A DNA stretch of 64,000 nt from an uncultured Methanosarcinaceae archaeon (GCA_963847185.1 CAWJYV010000008.1:1102009-1166008), one strand, 5' to 3'; positions 33,632 to 44,129 are shown, counted from the first letter of the stretch. The notes: a model not told the origin generated them from the letters alone. Numbers and translations are program-made.

Positions 33632-36184
33632 TTAAGAAGAGTATGTGGAGGTCCACTCCGGCTTTTCCGGGGGATTTGCCTCCAGCATTTCTCTCCATTT
33701 TTCATCTGTCAGGCGGGCCTCCATAGGCTGCTTGAACTCGTAGTGGCTCATAACCGGCCCGGCTCCGAGAAGGATTCTGCCGTCAGGAAGTTTATATGCA
33801 ACTACAAGCATGTCCACGTATCCAACACCTTCTTCAAGTACGGCTCTAGTATTTCCGTCAGTGTGGACATCAGCTACGATTGTGGTTTTTCTGGCTTTTT
33901 CTTCAACGTCTGCTATGGTGCCTTCAAGCTGGCCTCCGAAGTTTTTGATAAATTCGTAATCTTCTGCTGTCAGTTCTTCGTTTTCGAGTTCTTTTACTGA
34001 GATTGCCTGAAGCCTTGAGATGATGCCTTCAAGGTTTGTTAGCCTTGATTTTGAGTTTTGGTCAAATACACCCATCTCATCAAGGCCCTGGTTTGTCATA
34101 TTCGTCAAGGCAAGCAGCCTGGCGTAAAAATCAGGGACAGGTTCTACGTATCCTACAAAAGGTTTTTCTTCTAATTGCATCGGTCCTGCGCTACCAACCA
34201 TAGTGTAGCTTTGTTTGGCATAGAGAATTGTATCGTGCCTGAGTTCTGTCCAGGAAGCAAGGGCTGTGTTCAGTTCCTTATCATGCCAGGCGTCAGTCTG
34301 CATAAAGGTGGGATAACCTTCCCCATAATCTTTCAGAAGAGGTTGAAGTGAATAAAGCCATGACCAGTAGAGGTTTCTGTTCCAATCGGCTGCGCTGATA
34401 TTAGAAAATTCCGAATTCATCTTTCCATATTGAACACTATAATTTTCGTAATTGGAATCGTTAAGCTCGTTGAGCCAGTAAACAGACCTGTTTGAACCCA
34501 GTAGAGCCATCGCGTCAAGCCCGCGAGGGAAGCCGCGAATAGGCCGTCCTGCTCCTGATATAACAAATGTAAACGGAGTTTCATTTCCTTCTGGATATTC
34601 TCCCTTATATACTCCTGTATAGGGCTCGACAAGATTTGAAAATAGGTACGAATCTGGAATGAAACGCTGTCCCATGAAGCGGAAACCAGTTGTATTTTTG
34701 AGACATTCGTCAGCCTGCTCCGGAGTAAAAGGTGGTTCAAGGACACAGTTTCCGGTCCCTCCGTAGATCTTCGGGCCTTCGTACTCGGCAAGTTTAGTTT
34801 TGAGTTCGTTAACTGTTGTTTCGTTGAATTTCCTTTCTCCACTGCCAAAGACTGAATCCAGAGCCTCCATATATTCATAAGGTCCAAGGTCGTCGGAAAA
34901 ACCTACGTAAAAAGCTGTAACCTCATATATTCTGTCCCAATTTTTAAGAAGTTCGGGCTCTTTTTGGAATTCAGAAGCAATCAAACTGGCCTGGATAGTC
35001 TGGATTCTGGCGTCTTTTGCAGGGTTTTCGGATTTGATCAGTTTATCTTTGAGGAGCATGCTTATTCTGCCATGCCACATAAAAGCTCTGAAATAGTTTT
35101 GCAGTTTCTCAGATCGAGTATAGTGTCCTCTGGGCACATATTGAGAATAATCTTCTTCATACTTGAAAACAGGAGAAATTTCAAATCCTTCATGAGCGTC
35201 TATCAGGGCAAGTTCGGCTTCAACTTCATCTTTTACAAACGCAGGGACTTCAAATTGATATTGTTTCCCAGAAACTTCAGAGAAAAGGGACTCGTCAACA
35301 AAGCCGTATGGATCTTCTGGTCCCTGAATCTGCTCAGGTTTCGGCTGGAGAAGGTTTAAAGCAATCGCGAAATAGGCTGTATTTCTTCTTGCAGCTTCCT
35401 GTTCTTCTCCTGAAGCATCGTTGTACTTCTCGATAGAAGAGTTTAGCAGGGCGAAATCGGTTTCCCATAGGGTATCGTAAAACTCCTTCTCTTCTACTTG
35501 CCGAAGGGTTTCATCAAACTGGATATGGTATAGATGCAACAGGGAATCCGTGGTAATAAAAACAGGTATTTCCTCTCCCTTGAGGGTTGAGTACATTGAA
35601 GTTATATCTTCTTCTCCAGGGTTATAAGGGTTTTTTATCACCACAAAACCATTGGTTTCCAGCATCTTTAGATCGGACTCTTTCAGAGAAATTTTACTGG
35701 AAAAGTTTCCATAGTTTGAGACTCTTTCTTTGTTAAGAGGTAACTCATAAGAAGGCACTTTCAACTCAACATCGAGAGCTTCAAGCCTGTAACTTCCTGC
35801 AAGAGATGAATTTTCTGCCCTTAAATCGGAAAGGTTTATCTCTTCGGTTTCCAGATGACCTGTTGAGTAACTTCTAGAATTGTCTACTTCATTTTTGTGA
35901 CCTCTAGAAAAGCTTATTTTATTGCTTTCTTCTTTCTTACCTATTGAATAATTTCTATTATTGTCTATCTCTCCTTTCTGGCCTATAGATAAATTTCTGT
36001 TATTGTTTTCTTCTTCTTTCTGATCAATAGATAAGTTTCTGTTATTGTCTATTTGTTCTTTCCCGTCCGTTCCGTTCTCTCCACTTAACCCGGAACTTTG
36101 CTCCATACATCCTCCTGTAAACAGGCAGGCTAAAAGGATTAGAAAAACTAAGTAAGTTGCAACTAGCTTGGTTACGTATTTCAT
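33632..36184 (-). CDS. DUF3160-family lipoprotein with N-terminal 14-aa repeats
   Basis: Lipobox-like FTGGC; FITTDSLLHLYH, EDYSQYVPRGHY, FMGQRF, SWTELRHDTILYAKQ, GYVEP, ADVHT. Confidence 0.85.
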   Translation of the reverse strand: MKYVTKLVATYLVFLILLACLFTGGCMEQSSGLSGENGTDGKEQIDNNRNLSIDQKEEENNNRNLSIGQKGEIDNNRNYSIGKKEESNKISFSRGHKNEVDNSRSYSTGHLETEEINLSDLRAENSSLAGSYRLEALDVELKVPSYELPLNKERVSNYGNFSSKISLKESDLKMLETNGFVVIKNPYNPGEEDITSMYSTLKGEEIPVFITTDSLLHLYHIQFDETLRQVEEKEFYDTLWETDFALLNSSIEKYNDASGEEQEAARRNTAYFAIALNLLQPKPEQIQGPEDPYGFVDESLFSEVSGKQYQFEVPAFVKDEVEAELALIDAHEGFEISPVFKYEEDYSQYVPRGHYTRSEKLQNYFRAFMWHGRISMLLKDKLIKSENPAKDARIQTIQASLIASEFQKEPELLKNWDRIYEVTAFYVGFSDDLGPYEYMEALDSVFGSGERKFNETTVNELKTKLAEYEGPKIYGGTGNCVLEPPFTPEQADECLKNTTGFRFMGQRFIPDSYLFSNLVEPYTGVYKGEYPEGNETPFTFVISGAGRPIRGFPRGLDAMALLGSNRSVYWLNELNDSNYENYSVQYGKMNSEFSNISAADWNRNLYWSWLYSLQPLLKDYGEGYPTFMQTDAWHDKELNTALASWTELRHDTILYAKQSYTMVGSAGPMQLEEKPFVGYVEPVPDFYARLLALTNMTNQGLDEMGVFDQNSKSRLTNLEGIISRLQAISVKELENEELTAEDYEFIKNFGGQLEGTIADVEEKARKTTIVADVHTDGNTRAVLEEGVGYVDMLVVAYKLPDGRILLGAGPVMSHYEFKQPMEARLTDEKWREMLEANPPEKPEWTSTYSS

Positions 36185-36569
36185 TATTTCATCTCGGCCG
36201 CTTTGGATAAGTATTTGATTTGAGCTTTATCGCCCAGAAAGAGGGGTTTTGCCTTCTCAGCCTGTAGGTTCAAATTATCCTGTTTTGCAACCGAAGACCT
36301 GTATGGGGGGTTGATTTTTTAAAAATTAAGTTTCTTTATATGTTTATCTTATCGAGTATTTCAACCTATCTGTAATCAGGTTAGGTGGTCTATTTATAAA
36401 TATAATAAACATTGAAAGAAAAAACAGAAAATAATTTAAAATAACTTAAAAAATATATATTGATACTTATTAAATCATTCTGCAAATTGTCATATGTGTA
36501 AAAAGTTTTAATTTATAATCTAATTAAGTTTTCTATATTAAGTAGAAGAAAAGAAAACTTTTCTCCGTA

Positions 36570-36734
36570 TTAATCTTTAGGGCTTAAAGGATCTATTCTG
36601 AAAAGCAAAATCATGAACAGTACAGTTACAGTGCCTGTACCCCATAGAAGTGGGTCTCTCGTAATGTTCAGAATCGTACCTGTGATCATTAACAAGATAC
36701 CAAATAATAATAAAATTTGAATCTTTTTATTCAC
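36570..36734 (-). CDS. Small 54-aa two-TM membrane protein (absent from ORF track)
   Basis: GGGGGA RBS, GTG start, MNKKIQILLLFGILLMITGTILNITRDPLLWGTGTVTVLFMILLFRIDPLSPKD, TAA. Confidence 0.55.
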   Translation of the reverse strand: MNKKIQILLLFGILLMITGTILNITRDPLLWGTGTVTVLFMILLFRIDPLSPKD

Positions 36735-37192
36735 TGTCTTCCCCCATCAATTCCCTTTTTGAATCATTAAGTTCTCAAATAGTAGTGAGGCGCTGAGAAC
36801 TCAACTTCCCATAACTTTAATTGTTTCATTCAGTTATCTATCTTTTTCACAAACCATATATTCTTTTATATAACTTCAATAAGGATTGAAGTCATATATT
36901 TAAAAAGATATGCATGTCGGCTAAAAAAATAGGGGAAGTTTGGAATTTTAGACTTAGATTATAACAAACTATTTAAATATCCTATAAATTGGACAAGTTA
37001 TCAAAAATAAAAAAAACAGTTAAAAATTTAAGCTAATATTCAAATAAAAAATTGTATTGGGTATTAAAAAGTTACTATAGGATAATTCATGTGATTACTG
37101 ATTCATGTAATTATTAGCACATTCCCTTGTGAAACACCGACTTTTTATCCAGGCAGATTATTATGTTTGATTCTAAATAGCAAGTGATTGGA

Positions 37193-37648
37193 ATGGAACT
37201 CATCGAAATAACCAAAGAAGGCAAGTCTACGAGGCCTATTGCTGATCTTACAGACACGATTAAAGAGATAATGAGCTTAACCGCAGATCTGTATGCAAAG
37301 GCAGGATATGTGCCCGCCTTGGATCGGCTACCTTGCTTTTGAAGAAAACCAATGTGTGGGCACACGTGCGCATTCAAGGTCCCTCCGGAAGATAATTGTG
37401 TGGAAATTGCGTATTTCACTTTTCCTGAATACAAAGGGAAGGGTGTAGCTACACGCATGGCCCAAATATTGTTGAAGATAGCATTTGTCACAATTCCAGA
37501 TATTAAAATTGTCGCGCAGACCCTTCCTGAAAAAAACGCATCAACTACAGTTCTCAAGAAACTTGGTTTTCAGTTTACTGGTGAACGAGAACATCCTGAA
37601 GATGGAAAAATCTGGGAGTGGGAGCTAAGAAATCCTGAAAGCAAATAA
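37193..37648 (+). pseudogene. RimJ/RimL-type GNAT acetyltransferase, disrupted
   Basis: MELIEITKEG..AGYVP, then PWIGYLAFEENQCVGT in another frame, then CAFK..VEIAYFTFPEYKGKG..NAS..VLKKLGF. Confidence 0.8.
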
Positions 37649-37742
37649 ATAAATAGGCAATGGAATTTGTAAATCAGCCAGCTTCTTAAGCAACAAAACA
37701 TCTAAAACAAGTCTTTCTTAAGCAGTAAAATCTCCAAACCAA

Positions 37743-38531
37743 TCAGATCTCTTTTATTTCTCTGGACAGGCCTTTGTAATATGTATAGAGATCTGCTCCC
37801 CAGCAGAGAGCTGCAGGTTCGAAACATATGACATCGTTAACATGGTCGTAAATGCCGTTATTGTAGAAGAGGCCAAGAGACAGGAAGCAGTTTGTTACTG
37901 CGATTGAGAGAAATATTTCTTTGTCATAAACGTAGGCGTGGGTATTATCCAGGGCCAAAAACTGTTCAAACTCATCCCTGAATTCCGTTCTCATTCTGTC
38001 AAATACAGGTTCTGTCACAATAAGTGATACATTTATGCCTCTCTTTGCAAAACTAAGAAACATTTCAGGATACAGAGGATGAATAAAAGGAGAGATGCCG
38101 TTTACAAATTCCGATTTTGCAATATTTTCCACAAATTCCATGTGGGAAGAGAACATACTGCTTTCATCAAGTGGGCTGGCAAAAGTACTGCATTTCAGGT
38201 CACTAATTCTTTTTAAGAGATGAGGGGGTATGCTGTCAAGCTTGTGATTGTTCCAGAATTCATATTTGCTCTCAAGAGATTCTACAGTATCGACCACGGG
38301 CTTCATTTTGTCAGCTACTGCTTTTCCTAATGTGGTTAGAAAATACTTATCCCCTTCTCTATACAGAAGATGCCCTTCTTTAAGTAGTTTTATCTGCGGA
38401 TAAACAGAAGCCGGGCCTGCGTTCAAAACATCCATCATATCCTGTATGCCCTTTGGGCCTTCCCTCAATAAAAGAAGGATCTGTTTCCTTTTTTCGGAAG
38501 AGAAAATCAGGTCAAGATAAGATAATTCCAT
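37743..38531 (-). CDS. Winged-helix transcriptional regulator (Methanosarcina ArsR-like/DUF1724 family)
   Basis: LIFSSEKRKQILLLL.EGPK..PQIKLL; FWNNHKLDSIPPHLL.RI; C-terminal AL.WG..L..YY. Confidence 0.85.
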   Translation of the reverse strand: MELSYLDLIFSSEKRKQILLLLREGPKGIQDMMDVLNAGPASVYPQIKLLKEGHLLYREGDKYFLTTLGKAVADKMKPVVDTVESLESKYEFWNNHKLDSIPPHLLKRISDLKCSTFASPLDESSMFSSHMEFVENIAKSEFVNGISPFIHPLYPEMFLSFAKRGINVSLIVTEPVFDRMRTEFRDEFEQFLALDNTHAYVYDKEIFLSIAVTNCFLSLGLFYNNGIYDHVNDVICFEPAALCWGADLYTYYKGLSREIKEI

Positions 38532-38770
38532 TCTGTCTCCACTTTTATATTGATAATTATTCCTTTTTAAGATGTACTCTCGATTTTGTGCAGGTATCCT
38601 AAGCTATATCTACAGATATAGTTTATCCAAACAATTCAATCTTTCAGGCTCGAAGTATTATGTAACTTTATCGAAATAAGAAATCAATACATATAAGAGG
38701 ATACAGGAGAAACCTGTCAGATTGAAATGTAGAAATAGAAAGGGAACAAAAATGAAGTTGGTGGGAATTC

Positions 38771-41309
38771 TTGAGTGAGCAGCCAGCAACACATGAGAGG
38801 ACTTACAGTCAGATTTCAGATGAAAGGATAAAGGCTGCACGGCAGCTAGGGACTTATTTTGAGGTTTATCCTGACAGGAGACAGGCTTTTGAAGACCTTT
38901 TACGGCTTTGTTCTGACAGGGACAGTGTAGTAAGGGAAGAGGCTGTAAATTCCCTTGCAACAGTTTTTCCGAATGTGCCTGATAGAGAGGCGGTATGGAA
39001 GCAATTTATAAATCTTACGGCTTATCCGGAAGAAAGAGTCATAAGGGCCGCAGTAAGCTCTCTTATTAGTGTTTTTTCTCTGATGCCGGATAAGAAAAAG
39101 GCATGGGGGGATCTCGTTGAGCTGGCACATTCGAAGTCAAGCCTGGAAGATGTGAGCAGGGGAATTGTCAGTTCATTTTCGGATTTCATCAAGGAGATTC
39201 CGGATAAGCAGCATGTGTGGAAAGACCTGCTTGATATGACAGCATCAACTGACATTTATGTCAGGGAGGAAGCGGCTTCCCTCTTAAGTATTGTTTTTCC
39301 TGAGTTGTCAGATGAAAATAAAGAAGAAGCCTGGAATGAACTGCTGGAGCTAGCTGACTGAATCTACTACTGAATCTGATAATACAAAAGTAAGAGAACA
39401 GGCTGCAAGGACTCTTGGAGCAGTCTTTATGGATATGCCAGCTCAAAAGAAGGATGAGGCCCTGGATGGGCTGCTGGAACTTGCAGTTTCAGAAAGCCCT
39501 GAGGTTCAAAAAGAGATTCTTCTGGCTCTGCCCTATGTTTTTTCACATATTTCGGATAAAATAAGAGCATGGGATAATATTCTCAGGCTTACTGGAAACG
39601 AAAAAGAATCCGTACGAAAGAAAGCTGCAGATGCCCTATTCTCAATGTTTCCTGATATGCCGGATAAGAGTAAAGTCTGGACTGGTTTCTTCTACCTGAT
39701 CAGGGCAAAAGACGAGTATGTACGGGCTGTGGCAATAAATGGGCTTGTATCTCTGTTTCCTTCACTGGAAGACAAAGATTCCTTCTGGAAAGAGATTGTT
39801 GAACTTACAGATAATAACGAAGAATATGTCCAGAGAGCAGCCATTGGCACGCTGGGCAAGGTTTTTCCTTATCTTCCCAATAGAAAAGAGGCATACACAG
39901 AACTCGCGAATTTTGCTGATAAAAACGATAATAACATGCTTAAGAAGTTACTAGTGACCCTTGAATCTGATAATCCGCAGTTTTCCGATAAGTACGAAAA
40001 GAATGAAGAGGAATCGAAAGAGACGGAAAAAGAAAGAGTTGGGAATGAGCAGGCCCGGGTAAGCAGAAAGCTAATTTCTGACTCCCTCGGACCTGCAGAT
40101 GACAGCAATTCTTACATCCAAAAAGATGAGGTAAAACCCTTTGTCTGGACACACTCCTATCCGCCGGAAAAAAACGAAGTAATAAAGGAACTCATTAATC
40201 TGAGTTCAAGCCAGGATTCACAGGGATTGAGGGATATAGAGTCCTTGCTTGCTCTTTATTCAAGACACTCGGGAAAAATGCAGGACATCTGGAATGAACT
40301 ACTTAAGATAATAGAGGGTAAAGATACGGGTGCCAGAAGGAATGCCGCAGGGCTGCTCCCATATATCTTTCCAGGAGTTGAGGATAAATCCAGAGCCCTT
40401 CAAGATCTGCTCAGGCTAACTGAAAGTCAGGATTCTCAGCTCCGAAAAACTGCCGCTGAAATCTTTGCCACTGCTTTTGAATATTCTGAAAATAAACAGA
40501 GAACATGGGACGAGTTTGTCAGGCTTGCTTCTTTTGAGGACAGGGAGGTAAGAAAAAGAGCTGTCCTTGCTCTGTCATTAGGCTTTGCAGAAGTTCCTGA
40601 TAAAGAAAAAGCATGGAGGGACCTGCTCAAGCTTTCAGTTCATAGCGACAGTTTTGTACAGAGAGCTGCAACGAGGGCGCTTGGCCCTGCCTTTTATCAG
40701 GTTCCGGATAAAACTCAGGCATGGAGAGACCTTCAGGTGCTTACTGATAACCCGTACATCTATGTCCGGAGGTATGCTTTTCGCTCCCTTGCAAGAGCTT
40801 CTCTCTGGAGGGCTTTAAAGGCGGAAAACGAAGCTGCTTTTATCTTCGGGTTAAAAGAGGCTGTCAAATACTATGAAAAAGCAGCTGAAACTTTTGTTGA
40901 CGTTAATATTCCTGAATTCTATCTACCCTTTTATGAAGCTCTTTTATTCATTCTCTTTGGTGACAGGCCCGGGAGATCAAGACTTGAAAGCGGAAGATAT
41001 CTCACGAGAGTGACCGGTGGGCTCAGGGATCAAAAAGAAAACCAGTATGTTCTCGAAGCTCTCGAACAGTTTACAGACCTTTTAAGAAATGCAGAAAATT
41101 TAGCAACAAGTAGCCTGTCTGCCCGGAAAAAACTGCTTGAAACCTGCATTTTGACTTTTGATAGATATTCAAGCCTTTTTGAAAGCGTGGAAGAAAAAGA
41201 AATTCTTGCTCCTAAAACGGTGAAAAAAGAGCACCATGAACCTGGAAAAGCAATTCTGGAGAAAGTAGAGAAGAAGAAATTATTCCTGTTAAGAAACCGT
41301 AAAAAATAA
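38771..41309 (+). pseudogene. HEAT-repeat protein split by a frameshift at ~39357-39370 (ORFs 38771-39361 and 39429-41309)
   Basis: Repeats AW.DLL.L....D..VR..AA..L...F...PDK in both halves; duplicated ACTGAATCT at the junction. Confidence 0.8.
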
Positions 41310-41324
41310 TGGCAAAAAACAGAC

Positions 41325-41425
41325 CCTAAAAACCAGCTCATAAAAACAGATCGTGAAGAAACAGATCGTAAAGAAACAGCTCGTAAAGAAACAGCTCGTG
41401 AAGAAACAGCTCGTAAAAAACAGAC
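41325..41425. repeat. 15-bp tandem repeat AAGAAACAGCTCGT(A/G), degenerate array
   Basis: Direct reading; second array at 41577-41650. Confidence 0.9.
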
Positions 41426-41801
41426 CCTATGAAAATAAACTGTAAGTAATATGCCATGAGAAAGTTAAGCCTGGGTTTTTTGTCCTGCACTTTAATATCT
41501 TATCCTGCCAATTCCCTGTTATGTACGAGGCAGGAATCGAATTAACAGATTCGGACTTTGAGTTTGCAAAACCTCCCGTAAAGAAACAGCTCGTAAAGAA
41601 ACAGCTCGTGAAGAAACAGCTCGTGAAGAAACAGCTCGTAAAAAACAGACCCTATGAAAATAAACTGTAAGTAATATGCCATGAGAAAGTTAAGCCTGGG
41701 TTTTTTGTCCTGCACTTTAATATCTTATCCTGCCAATTCCCTGTTATGTACGAGGCAGGAATCGAATTAACAGATTCGGACTTTGAGTTTGCAAAACCTC
41801 C
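41352..41801. repeat. ~225-bp tandem duplication covering the repeat array, upstream region and first 19 codons of the 41746 gene
   Basis: 41417-41576 is repeated at 41642-41801; ATG at 41521 and 41746. Confidence 0.92.
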
Positions 41802-42060
41802 TTTTTCAAGAAAATTCATTCGCCTGGTATTCGAAAAATACCAGATTAATTTTATCGTTTACTTTGGCGAAAATATGTTCTATGTCTCAGGACAAAATTC
41901 TGAGCCTCTTGTACCCTTATATCCAAAAACAACGTACCCTGAAGATATAGAACTTGTGCTGGATTTTATGGTGCGTGAGAGAATTCGCAGAATTAAATTT
42001 GAGGACGGAAAACTTTTTCGATCCGCAGTTCCTGAACTGAACAACTCAGGTAGGGGTTAA
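41746..42060 (+). CDS. Hypothetical protein (104 aa)
   Basis: Clean ORF with protein-like composition. Confidence 0.75.
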   Translation: MYEAGIELTDSDFEFAKPPFSRKFIRLVFEKYQINFIVYFGENMFYVSGQNSEPLVPLYPKTTYPEDIELVLDFMVRERIRRIKFEDGKLFRSAVPELNNSGRG

Positions 42061-42272
42061 GGCAAGAGTTAACTAGCAGTCAGATAGTTTACCTGAAACA
42101 TGGATAGGGAGTAAGAAAAAATTGCTAAATTTGTCACTTAAGAAAGGGACATTTAAATCTGTCAAGAGAAAGCAAAAATTACTTTTTTTCTTTTGTTTTA
42201 GTTATTTATAGTTTCACCGCAATATTAATTTATTGAAATTTACTATTTATCGCTAACAAGAGGGGGTATCAA

Positions 42273-42458
42273 GTGATAAAACTATGGGAGTATGATGCTC
42301 GCAGGATTCACGCAGTACACATGCCACAGCAGATGAGCGACCTCGAAAGAATCGGAAATGAAGGTTGGGAACTTGTTGTTATTAAGGATGATATTGATGA
42401 AGAAGGGACAGTAACTGCAATTTTTAAAAGGGAGAAAGCAAACATAGGAGAAGAGTGA
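42273..42458 (+). CDS. Small DUF4177-like protein
   Basis: WEY..L..IG.EGWELV..IFKRE pattern; GGGGGT RBS, GTG start. Confidence 0.75.
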   Translation: MIKLWEYDARRIHAVHMPQQMSDLERIGNEGWELVVIKDDIDEEGTVTAIFKREKANIGEE

Positions 42459-42509
42459 CTGATTCAGACTTACTGCTTTTAACCTGATATATTTTAATTT
42501 ACTTATCTA

Positions 42510-42567
<58 letters not shown>

Positions 42568-42694
42568 TTTATTGCCTATTTCTTTCAACTTACTAAATAT
42601 GCAGGCGGAAACCTTCATATCTAAATTTTTACCGCAGAAAGAAGGAAAGAATATTAACATTTGTTTAATATTTGTTCATTTTGAAGAAAAGATT

Positions 42695-42891
42695 GCGTTC
42701 CCATCTTGAATCTTTGGAAGTTCCGAACGGCACTTAAGAGATCTTTTATGAAGAGGTTTAGTATTGGACTCAAGGGTTGTGAGCTCTCTAATTATTTTCT
42801 CTTCACTTATAGAGTAGATTTTTCGGAGTAGGCGTTGAAGTAGTTCTTGTGGAATAGGTCTTTGCTCTGTGGTCTTGATAGATGAGAACGC
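42695..42891 (-). ncRNA. Candidate structured ncRNA, copy A (~197 nt)
   Basis: AAAAATATTATATA promoter 23 bp upstream; GCGUUCUCAUC..GAUGGGAACGC terminal stem; paralog at 43747-43934. Confidence 0.65.
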
Positions 42892-43251
42892 AATTTATAC
42901 TAGGACCTCAACCTATATAATATTTTTAATGTATAATAATATTTTATTTTTCTATTCCTGCATTATTAATCTAACTTTTTTTCATTGGTCTAACTTTACA
43001 ACACCAAACTTTGGTCATCCAATGGTGCATCCTCAAAAATTACAGCTTATCTTATTTTAGAGTAATTAAAATCGGTCAGTTGCTGTTGAAATTAGTAATC
43101 AAGAAGTTTATACTTTTAACTTTTAATACAATAAACCGCAAACAGCTATTCAAAATCAGTATAAATATATTTATTTGATTTTTTAGAAAATAATAAATAC
43201 TGTTATATCTAATTATTTTTATGGATTGATAGAACATCAGGAGGAATAGGT

Positions 43252-43611
43252 ATTAAAAAACTTAATTTTATTTTGATCTTACTTGTCTTAGCATTACTGA
43301 CAGTAAACCCCGCTGCTTCAAGACCAGAGAGAATAATAATAAGAGAAAGTACACTTATATATCCTGCTGGCTCATATTATGAAAAGAATCCCATGTTTTT
43401 GAGCATTCACACATCTGGAAATTATAGTAAGGTACAAAATCAGATGCCCACATTGAATGAAGCTCCTGGAAACTCTGAAAACAGAAAAGAAGATATATCT
43501 CCGTATAATTCCGATGATCAAACAAATCGTTACAGGAAATTTGACATCGGATATTGCTGTATGCGAATTGACAATTTTCTTTTTTCCTGGAGAATTTCTG
43601 ACGTATCCTGA
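43252..43611 (+). CDS. Small putative secreted protein; signal peptide begins at an ATT codon (TTG alternative at 43273)
   Basis: GGAGGA RBS, then in-frame ATT AAA AAA CTT.. = (I/M)KKLNFILILLVLALLTVNPAAS. Confidence 0.5.
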   Translation: MKKLNFILILLVLALLTVNPAASRPERIIIRESTLIYPAGSYYEKNPMFLSIHTSGNYSKVQNQMPTLNEAPGNSENRKEDISPYNSDDQTNRYRKFDIGYCCMRIDNFLFSWRISDVS

Positions 43612-43746
43612 TATTTTGAAATCTAAAAACGCTAATTAAGATTTTGAAATACTAAAAGATAATGGATTAATTCACTTAATATTCTTAAAGGAATCCTTAA
43701 TAAATAGAATTTATGTTTGATTCAATAATTCTTTTTAAAAGAGGAA

Positions 43747-43934
43747 GCGTTCTCATCCAAAAAATACCTGGGAGTTCCGAACGATATTCAAGAGACTCAC
43801 TTTATTTTAGTTGGGGAAGAGGTTTTGAGGTACTTTCACTTTGGTTGCGAGTTTCTTTTCTATCTCTTTATTTGTGGAGTAGTGTTCTGGAGTAGGTGTT
43901 GTCTGCTAGTGGGGTGTTAAAGAGATGAGAACGC
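43747..43934 (-). ncRNA. Candidate structured ncRNA, copy B (~188 nt)
   Basis: Same promoter and spacing; perfect GCGUUCUCAUC/GAUGAGAACGC terminal stem; internal blocks shared with copy A. Confidence 0.65.
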
Positions 43935-44129
43935 AAATTATAGTATGCAGTCATCATATATAATATTTTTAACACTTAATATTATTCGATCACTCATTGA
44001 TTAGTTCATCTCTATAATTATTTATTCATTGATTTAATGTTATACTACCTTACTTAGGATATAGATGAAAAACTGATCAAACCAAAAAGGAAAAACTAAT
44101 TTCCGGATAAAAAGAGTCACTTAACTGGC

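Noticed and set aside
36769-36801. AGTTCTCA/TGAGAACT short inverted repeat
   Set aside because: Only 8 bp; could be chance
39359-39361. Stop-codon recoding in the HEAT gene
   Set aside because: The stop is TGA and the downstream ORF is in a different frame, so this is a frameshift and not Pyl/Sec read-through
42869-43895. ORFs 42869-43060, 43457-43639 and 43713-43895
   Set aside because: Low-complexity, no RBS; they overlap ncRNA promoters or bodies, or the 43252 gene
42695-43934. Terminal inverted repeats read as MITE TIRs
   Set aside because: Disfavoured: the TATA box outside the repeat is conserved at identical spacing, there is a strand-specific G-U pair, and no target-site duplications are seen
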